NCBI GenBank assembly: GCA_965203095.1
Contig: OZ241877.1
Span: forward strand, 1,568,001-1,632,000
From: Bdellovibrionales bacterium
GTDB taxonomy: Bacteria > Bdellovibrionota > Bdellovibrionia > Bdellovibrionales > UBA1609
Direction: 5' to 3'
Length of the DNA stretch: 64,000 nucleotides
The position numbers and the translations under genes are program-made. Position 1 is the stretch's first letter. Each line of letters begins with the position of its first letter. Shown here piece after piece: positions 57,450 through 64,000 of this stretch. The notes under the pieces are model-generated. The model saw nothing but the letters and a program-made list of their open reading frames with translations. It was not told the origin of the DNA and searched no databases.

Positions 57450-60023
57450 ATGAAAAAGTTAAGGGTAATAATGTCTCTTATGCCAAAGGCCAAACTCCTT
57501 ATTGTGGAATCTCCTACAAAAGCCAAAACCATTAGTCGCTTTTTAGGCTCTAACTACAAAGTAAGCTCCTGTATGGGGCATATTCGGGACTTGCCAGAAT
57601 CAGCAAAAGACATTCCAGCAAAATACAAAAAAGAACCTTGGAAAAATTTAGGGGTCAATACTGAGAAAAACTTTGAGCCGATCTACTGCATTCCCAAATC
57701 CAAAACGGCTATTGTCAAATCCTTAAAAGAGCAGATCAAAAAAGCGGGAGAGCTGATCCTGGCAACAGATGAAGATCGGGAAGGCGAGAGTATTAGCTGG
57801 CATCTTTATCAAATTTTAAAACCTAAAATCCCTGTCAAAAGGATTGTTTTTCATGAAATCACAAAAACAGCCATCCAGTCCGCTTTAAAAAACTATCGTC
57901 AAATTGATGAAGGGCTGGTTCAAGCTCAAGAGGCCCGAAGGGTTTTAGATCGCTTAGTGGGCTACAGCCTCTCCCCTCTTTTATGGAAAAAGATCACTAC
58001 CGGATTATCCGCCGGAAGAGTGCAGTCTGTAGCGGTTAAGCTCATTAGTGATCGGGAAATAGATAGGATGAATTTTGTTAAAACCTCCCATTTTGGCATA
58101 GAGGGGCTTTTGCAAAAATCACAAAAAGGAAAGGGCAAAAGCCAACAATTCCCCTCCCATCTCCACTCCTACGAATCCAAAAAAATAGCAGTGGGAAAGG
58201 ATTTTGATAGCCTCGGCCGGTTGAAAGACAAAAAACTCCTCCATTTTAAAGAAAAACAGGCGGGAGATCTGGTCCAAAAACTGAAAAAGGCAAAATGGAT
58301 TGTGGAAAAGGTGGAAAAAAGACATATTTCCCGATCCCCTAAGCCCCCCTTTATTACATCTACCCTTCAACAAGAAGGGGGAAGAAAGCTCAACCTCTCC
58401 CCTAAACAAACTATGGCCTCAGCTCAAAAACTTTACGAACAGGGTTTGATTACTTATATGAGAACCGACTCTACCAGCCTTTCCCCCACAGCGATAAAGG
58501 GGATTCGAACAGCCATATCTAAAATTTACGGGAAAAAAGAGCTGGTGGAAAAAACCCGTATCTATAAAACCAAAACCAAGGGGGCTCAAGAGGCTCATGA
58601 AGCCATCCGCCCCGCAGGAACCCACTTTAAAAGTCCGGAAAAAACAGGTTTGGCAGGTAATGAGCTAAAACTTTACCAATTGATTTGGCAGAGGTCTCTG
58701 GCTTGCCAGATGAAAAACTGTGAACAAGAGCAAACTCAAATTCAAATCAAGGCGGGGTCGGCTCTGTTTTTTTCCTCTGGTTTGAGGATAATTTCTCCTG
58801 GATTTTACAAGCTTTATAAAGATCAAGATGAAGGGACCGGGGCTTTTCTTCCCGCTTTAAAAAAAGGAGATCTTCTAAAGTGCCTTAAAGTGGAGAGCAA
58901 AGCAAAGGAGAGCCAGCCTCCCCCTCGCTATAACGAAGCCTCTCTCATTCAAAAATTGGAAAAAGAGGGGATTGGTCGCCCCTCCACTTATGCCCCTATT
59001 ATCTCCACAATTCAGGATCGGGGCTATATCCAAAAACAAAACAAAAACCTGGCCCCTACCTTTACGGCCTTGGCAGTGACAAGGCTTTTAAACCAACATT
59101 TGCCAGATTATGTGGATCTGGCTTTCAGCTCTAAAATGGAAAAAGCCTTAGACGATATGGCCATAGGTAAGGTGAAATACATAAAATATTTAAACTCCAT
59201 TTATAAAGGGAAAGCGGGTTTAAAAAACCAAGTGGCGAGTTGTGAAAAATCTATAGATGGCTCAAAATCCCGAACTTTGAACTTTCCTCTTTTCAAAAAT
59301 ATCAATTTTCATGTGGGACGCTTTGGGGCTTACATCAGCCAAAAAAAAGGGGGGAAAGAGATCAAGTCCTCTCTTCCAAAGGATCTGTTCCTCTCAGACA
59401 TCACTTTGGACAAGATAGAGGAAATTCTTAAAACAGAAAAAAGAAAAGATCAGGTTTTTGGAGTGGATCCCAAAACAAAAAAGAAAATTTTTATAAAAAC
59501 CGGACCTTTCGGTCCTTATTTAGAGTTAGGGGATGGGCTGAAGCGAGTCTCTATACCTAAGTTCCTGCCTTTAGATAGTTTTAATATGGAACAGGCCCTC
59601 CAACTTTTAGAACTTCCCAAAGTTCTTGGAACTCATCCTAAAACAAAAAAAGAAATCAAAAAAAGCATTGGTAGATACGGCCCTTATATAGTGCATGATG
59701 GGGATTTTCGATCCATTCCCAACAGTGAGATTTTGTCCTTAGGTTTTAAAGAGGCTGTAAAAATTCTCTCACAGGAAAAAAAGAGCCGAAGGAAATCCTC
59801 AAAAAAAACCATTAAACAATTCACTCATAATAAGGACAGTTTGCAAATTTTAGAGGGCTACTCCCCTTACATTCGTTTTAAAAACAAAAATTATAGCCTT
59901 CCCAAAGGGACAGATCCTTTAAAACTCAGCCTTAAGGAGGCTCTTCAGATTATAAGCAAAAAAGGGGATTCTAAGAAGAAACCCACTCGCCGGAAAAAAA
60001 GATCAGGCAAAAAACGGAAATAA
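57450..60023 (+). CDS. topA: DNA topoisomerase I with C-terminal GxxGPY repeats and Lys-rich tail (start probably 57471/57480)
   Basis: LIVESPTKAKTI, ATDEDREGE, SAGRVQS, ITYMRTD, QEAHEAIRP, GIGRPSTY. Confidence 0.97.
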   Translation: MKKLRVIMSLMPKAKLLIVESPTKAKTISRFLGSNYKVSSCMGHIRDLPESAKDIPAKYKKEPWKNLGVNTEKNFEPIYCIPKSKTAIVKSLKEQIKKAGELILATDEDREGESISWHLYQILKPKIPVKRIVFHEITKTAIQSALKNYRQIDEGLVQAQEARRVLDRLVGYSLSPLLWKKITTGLSAGRVQSVAVKLISDREIDRMNFVKTSHFGIEGLLQKSQKGKGKSQQFPSHLHSYESKKIAVGKDFDSLGRLKDKKLLHFKEKQAGDLVQKLKKAKWIVEKVEKRHISRSPKPPFITSTLQQEGGRKLNLSPKQTMASAQKLYEQGLITYMRTDSTSLSPTAIKGIRTAISKIYGKKELVEKTRIYKTKTKGAQEAHEAIRPAGTHFKSPEKTGLAGNELKLYQLIWQRSLACQMKNCEQEQTQIQIKAGSALFFSSGLRIISPGFYKLYKDQDEGTGAFLPALKKGDLLKCLKVESKAKESQPPPRYNEASLIQKLEKEGIGRPSTYAPIISTIQDRGYIQKQNKNLAPTFTALAVTRLLNQHLPDYVDLAFSSKMEKALDDMAIGKVKYIKYLNSIYKGKAGLKNQVASCEKSIDGSKSRTLNFPLFKNINFHVGRFGAYISQKKGGKEIKSSLPKDLFLSDITLDKIEEILKTEKRKDQVFGVDPKTKKKIFIKTGPFGPYLELGDGLKRVSIPKFLPLDSFNMEQALQLLELPKVLGTHPKTKKEIKKSIGRYGPYIVHDGDFRSIPNSEILSLGFKEAVKILSQEKKSRRKSSKKTIKQFTHNKDSLQILEGYSPYIRFKNKNYSLPKGTDPLKLSLKEALQIISKKGDSKKKPTRRKKRSGKKRK

Positions 60024-60029
60024 AAAAAG

Positions 60030-61409
60030 TTAATTTTGAAATGAATAAATATTCCGGAGAGCGAGAAGTTGGCTCAACTCATCTAAAGCGGTTTGACTTT
60101 CCCTCATAAGATCGGGGTCTAAAAGATCTTGGGGCTGGATCCGGTCCCTGTAGTGTTTTTTGATCCAGCTTTTAATTTGTTCATAAAGTTTTTGGCTCAA
60201 ACAAACTCCTTTAGGGATGGTCATGGCCTCCTTTTCCGTTAAAACCACTCTGAATCTCAAACAGGCCGGCCCACCGCCATTTTTCATGCTCTGCCGGAGG
60301 GGGCTAAAAGCAATTTCCTTAATGGGGCTGTTTTGGCTCAAATAATGAAGATAGCCTCTCACTTGCTCATCTTTTTGGCACTCTGTGGGGGCGAGCAAAA
60401 ACCACTCCCCTTTTTTTAAACACAGTAATTGTGAGTTGAACAAGTAGGAGCTGATGGCCCGGTGTAAAGGAATATCTTGTTCCCGAACTTTAATTTTTAA
60501 TAAGGGGACATCTAATTTTTCTTCTATCTCTTGTAAAACTTTTTGTGTTTTGAGAAAGGCTTTTTCATGAAAAAATATTAAATTCTGATCCGCCACACAA
60601 AGCACATCATTATGAAAAGCCCCGGCATCGATGGCTTGAGGATTCTGTGTGGCAAAAACTGTTTTGTCCGGTCTCAACTTATGACGAAAGGCCGTGATCT
60701 TAAAGGCCATTTCACTTTGCCGGGCCGGAAATTTTGTTGAAGAATGAGAACCTTCTCGCCCATAAACAAAAAACTCCACCCCCTTTGCAGAATAACTGGC
60801 ACAAAAGCGACTGTGATTGGCTGAGCCTTCGTCTGAAAAGAGGGGCACAGTGGGCAAAGGGGGATGATGAACAAAAAGGGAAGGCTCTTTAAATATTTTT
60901 TTTAAAATTAAAGCGGTGGCTTTAGTTTCTAAAAAACGGTGCAGGCTGGTTTGCAAGTTGGCTGGAGTGAAATGGGCTTTTTGATCCTCTGTGTCGGCAC
61001 TGGGTGAGAAAAGAGCACTATTGGCTGTCCACATACTTGAGGCAGAATAACAGCTGGCCAAAAGAGAGGGGGAAAAAGACCAAGCTGAGCTGAGAATTTT
61101 TTGGACAGAACCGGTAAAACCCAATTTTTTTAAAAAAAGCAGGTTGGGCCTTTCTTGTGGGGGCAAAAGGGCCTGCTTAAAACCTTTATCCATAAGAAAC
61201 TTCATCTTCTGCAAGCCCTCTAAGGCCCCTGCCTGAGGGTTGGATATTTTGTGCTTGTTTTCCATAGAGGCCCTGTTCCCAAAAGAAAGCCCCGCATAAT
61301 TGTGCGTCGGGCCGGGAAGGCCATCAAAATTGTATTCTAAGGCTCTATGATTTTTAATTTCTTTCAAGATCGGGAATTTGAACGCGTCCGGAAATCTCTT
61401 GTTCGCCAT
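60030..61409 (-). CDS. astB: N-succinylarginine dihydrolase (start uncertain: ATG 61409 or TTG 61367)
   Basis: EYNFDGLPGPTHNYAGLS, SASSMWTAN, DEGSANH, FHNDV, SMKNGGGPACLR. Confidence 0.93.
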   Translation of the reverse strand: MANKRFPDAFKFPILKEIKNHRALEYNFDGLPGPTHNYAGLSFGNRASMENKHKISNPQAGALEGLQKMKFLMDKGFKQALLPPQERPNLLFLKKLGFTGSVQKILSSAWSFSPSLLASCYSASSMWTANSALFSPSADTEDQKAHFTPANLQTSLHRFLETKATALILKKIFKEPSLFVHHPPLPTVPLFSDEGSANHSRFCASYSAKGVEFFVYGREGSHSSTKFPARQSEMAFKITAFRHKLRPDKTVFATQNPQAIDAGAFHNDVLCVADQNLIFFHEKAFLKTQKVLQEIEEKLDVPLLKIKVREQDIPLHRAISSYLFNSQLLCLKKGEWFLLAPTECQKDEQVRGYLHYLSQNSPIKEIAFSPLRQSMKNGGGPACLRFRVVLTEKEAMTIPKGVCLSQKLYEQIKSWIKKHYRDRIQPQDLLDPDLMRESQTALDELSQLLALRNIYSFQN

Positions 61410-61899
61410 AGACTTCAGTATTGCCAAAGACTTTAGCCCATTCAAACACTTGAGCTTGATCAAAAATTTTAGCCTCTCCATAAATATTGGCCCGATCAAA
61501 TACTTTGGCCTGGCCATAAATTTTGGCTTGCTCATAAATTACAGGCCAGCCATAAACTTCAGCCTGAGCAAAAACCATAGCCTCTCCGTAAATGATAGCC
61601 CAGCCGGAAATTTGAGCTTCTCCATAAATTTGTGCATTGCCGGAAATTCGACCTCCGGAAACTTTGGCATTGCCAAAAACTTTGGCCTGACCTTTCACCA
61701 CGGAATCGCCCGTCACATTGGCTTTATCGCAAACTTGAGCTGATGGTCCTACATAAACCGATTCTTCAACAAAGGCGGTATCCGCTACAAAACCTCCGCC
61801 GTAAACATGAGCTGAGCCTTCAGCCCCATTGCAGGGAATAGCGGATTTTGCTGAAAAAGCCCAACTGCTGATAAAAATAAAAAATAGTGTTTTCATCAT
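61354..61899 (-). CDS. Secreted hexapeptide-repeat (left-handed beta-helix) protein
   Basis: AAGGAG RBS, signal MMKTLFFIFISSWAFSA, repeated A-x-[VI]-[YF]-G-x units. Confidence 0.8.
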   Translation of the reverse strand: MMKTLFFIFISSWAFSAKSAIPCNGAEGSAHVYGGGFVADTAFVEESVYVGPSAQVCDKANVTGDSVVKGQAKVFGNAKVSGGRISGNAQIYGEAQISGWAIIYGEAMVFAQAEVYGWPVIYEQAKIYGQAKVFDRANIYGEAKIFDQAQVFEWAKVFGNTEVYGEQEISGRVQIPDLERN

Positions 61900-61997
61900 T
61901 CGACTCCTTATTTTTGTTAGGATTATACTGAACTTCTCCCTAACTTCAAGAAAAATTAGGTTCATGACACCTGGAGAGGGGTATTTTATTAAAAAAT

Positions 61998-63518
61998 TTA
62001 CTCCCATTCAATAGTTCCGGGGGGTTTGCTGGTAATGTCATAAAGAACACGGTTAATCCCTCGGACTTCATTGGCTATCCGGCGGGAAAGCCCTCTCAAA
62101 AAATCATCTGGAAAAGCAAACCAATCCGCTGTCATGCCGTCTGAAGAAAGCACGGCTCGAATGGCCAAACTTCTCTCATAAGTCCGATGATCCCCTTGAA
62201 CACCCACAGTTCGCAAAGGGAGCAAAACACAAAAAGCCTGCCAAATTTTATCATAGAGATCATGTTTTTTAAGTTCTTCCATATATATAGCATCGGCCTG
62301 CCTCAAGATTTTCAAAAACTCTGGCTCCACAGGGCCTAAACAACGAATGGATAGGCCCGGCCCGGGAAAAGGATGACGGTTTAAAATTTCTTTTGGCAGG
62401 TTTAAAGATTGGCCCAATTCCCGAACTTCATCCTTAAAAAGCTCTTTTAAAGGTTCTACTAAAATCAGGTCCAGATCCTTTGGTAGTCCGCCCACATTGT
62501 GATGGGATTTAATGCTGAGTTCGCTTTTTGCCGGAGACAGGCTCTCTATCACATCAGGATATAAAGTTCCTTGGGCCAAATATTTGCAAGATTTCATCTC
62601 CTCCTTAAAAATATCTATAAATAGTTGGCCGATAATTTTTCGCTTTTGCTCCGGATCAGAAACAGCTTTTAAGGCATTGAGAAATCTCCCTTCCGCCCGA
62701 ACCGCCTGAACATTTAAACCCATTGAGCTATAATAATTTAAAACCTCCTCATACTCCCCCTCCCTGAGAAGGCCAGTATCCACAAAAACACATTGTGTTC
62801 TCTCCGGGCCTAAGGCCTGAGAGATGAGAACCGCCGTGACTGTGGAATCCACCCCACCACTCAAAGCACAAAATACATTTTCCTTTTTGGGGACTGTCTT
62901 CGTGATTTTTTCTAAAAGCTCCTCTTTAACTGAATGAGCATGCCACTTCCCCTCCCCAGCTTGACAATATTTAAGGGCAAAGGCTTTTAAAAGCTCCTTG
63001 CCCTTTTCTGTATGGCTTACTTCAGGATGAAATTGAAAGGCCAAAAGGCGATCCATAGAAAAGGCGGTAATAAGCCCTTTAGAATCTTTTGCCAACACTT
63101 TAGCAGAAGAGGGTAAGGAATTGATGGAGTCCCCATGACTCATCCAAACTTTTTGCTTTTTGACCCCTGGCAAAAGTTTCTCTTGCCAATAAATAGTGCT
63201 GGAACCATAAGTTCGTTGAGAAGTTTTAGAGAGCTTTCCTCCTTTTTGAAAAGCCACCATCTGCATCCCATAGCAGATGGCCAACACAGGGGCTGTAGCC
63301 AACAATTCCTCTAAGGGGCGGTGGGGGGAAGAAGGATCTAAAACAGAATCAGGCCCTCCGCTAAGGACAATGCCCAAAGGCTTTTTATCCTTAATTTTTT
63401 GCAAGTTTTCATCATAAGGCATTAGCTCAGAGTAATAGCCCATCTCGCGAAAACATCGGGCAATCAGCCAAGTGTATTGGGAACCAAAATCCAAGATAAT
63501 AAAAGGTGGATTTTTCAT
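61998..63518 (-). CDS. guaA: GMP synthase (glutamine-hydrolysing)
   Basis: LDFGSQYT, ICYGMQ, QFHPEV, SGGVDS, IKSHHNVGG, TSKPPGTIEWE. Confidence 0.97.
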   Translation of the reverse strand: MKNPPFIILDFGSQYTWLIARCFREMGYYSELMPYDENLQKIKDKKPLGIVLSGGPDSVLDPSSPHRPLEELLATAPVLAICYGMQMVAFQKGGKLSKTSQRTYGSSTIYWQEKLLPGVKKQKVWMSHGDSINSLPSSAKVLAKDSKGLITAFSMDRLLAFQFHPEVSHTEKGKELLKAFALKYCQAGEGKWHAHSVKEELLEKITKTVPKKENVFCALSGGVDSTVTAVLISQALGPERTQCVFVDTGLLREGEYEEVLNYYSSMGLNVQAVRAEGRFLNALKAVSDPEQKRKIIGQLFIDIFKEEMKSCKYLAQGTLYPDVIESLSPAKSELSIKSHHNVGGLPKDLDLILVEPLKELFKDEVRELGQSLNLPKEILNRHPFPGPGLSIRCLGPVEPEFLKILRQADAIYMEELKKHDLYDKIWQAFCVLLPLRTVGVQGDHRTYERSLAIRAVLSSDGMTADWFAFPDDFLRGLSRRIANEVRGINRVLYDITSKPPGTIEWE

Positions 63519-63855
63519 AACAAAAAATTAGGCCCCGCCCATTATACGGCTTTGTTTCCAGTTTTCATGTCTTTTTTGAACTTTTTTTGTTAAAATCTCT
63601 GTTTTTGTCCTTTTTTTTATTCTAAAATCAACCGATAGGCTTTATATGAAAGCCTATTTGTTTTTTGCCTTTAAAATTTTTGTTTGGTCTTTTGTCCTTT
63701 TTTCACTTTTTATGGTCGGATTTTTTTAAAAAAGCCATTAAATACCCTTAAATTGAATAAATTTTTTTTTCATTTTTCATTCCCTCTTATTTGATCACTT
63801 GTAAAAATTACACAATACTTGACTCTTTTTAAAGCCATAGTGTAAAAGCCTTGCT

Positions 63856-64000
63856 ATGCAAAAAATAATTTATGCATTTATTTTTCTCCCTCTCCTTTTC
63901 CTGTCTAATGATTGCTACGGGTCGGGGAGAAGATCTAAAACACCAATATCAGACACTATTGAAGATGTGGGATCAGAGTTATTGGGTATTGCAGTAACTC
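63856..64000 (+). CDS. Partial ORF with signal peptide, runs off window
   Basis: MQKIIYAFIFLPLLFLS... open to the end of the window. Confidence 0.45.
   Translation, partial: MQKIIYAFIFLPLLFLSNDCYGSGRRSKTPISDTIEDVGSELLGIAVT

Noticed and set aside
61410..61535. Long N-terminal extension of astB overlapping the hexapeptide gene
   Set aside because: AstB similarity begins near ALEYNFDG; the upstream part is likely an over-extended ORF call.

Overview
64-kb AT-rich bacterial chromosomal segment, mostly housekeeping genes (fusA paralog, zapA-ygfA-rny, rplU-rpmA-obgE-nadD, dppA/B/C, ung, mpg, tolB, pgk-tpiA, murJ, purK, speA, nhaA, secG, dprA, alaS, topA, astB, guaA), two tRNAs (Gly-TCC, Ser-GGA), a type IV pilin cluster and several secreted orphan proteins. 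Gene content suggests a Bdellovibrionota/Oligoflexia-like organism (inference only). No transposase, integrase, reverse transcriptase or cas gene is visible. Most notable features: (1) a dense family of non-autonomous intergenic elements with ~15-bp terminal inverted repeats (GTYGYCCGTGAAAAA) and TANNTA target sites (two perfect 6-bp duplications), whose cargo includes 11 copies of a ~70-nt hairpin with a conserved apical core and stems that vary by compensatory changes; (2) an S8 subtilase whose catalytic triad is split between two adjacent genes, each with its own signal peptide, behind a C21 tract; (3) dRS3/REP-like palindromes in an 8-copy tandem array and inserted in frame twice in alaS; (4) an RNase Y lacking its HD metal ligands; (5) ribosomal protein L21 with a 7x14-aa histone-like tail; (6) a tandem pair of secreted paralogs with near-identical N-termini and divergent C-termini, bounded by three copies of a promoter repeat. 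All calls come from reading motifs by eye; no searches were run.
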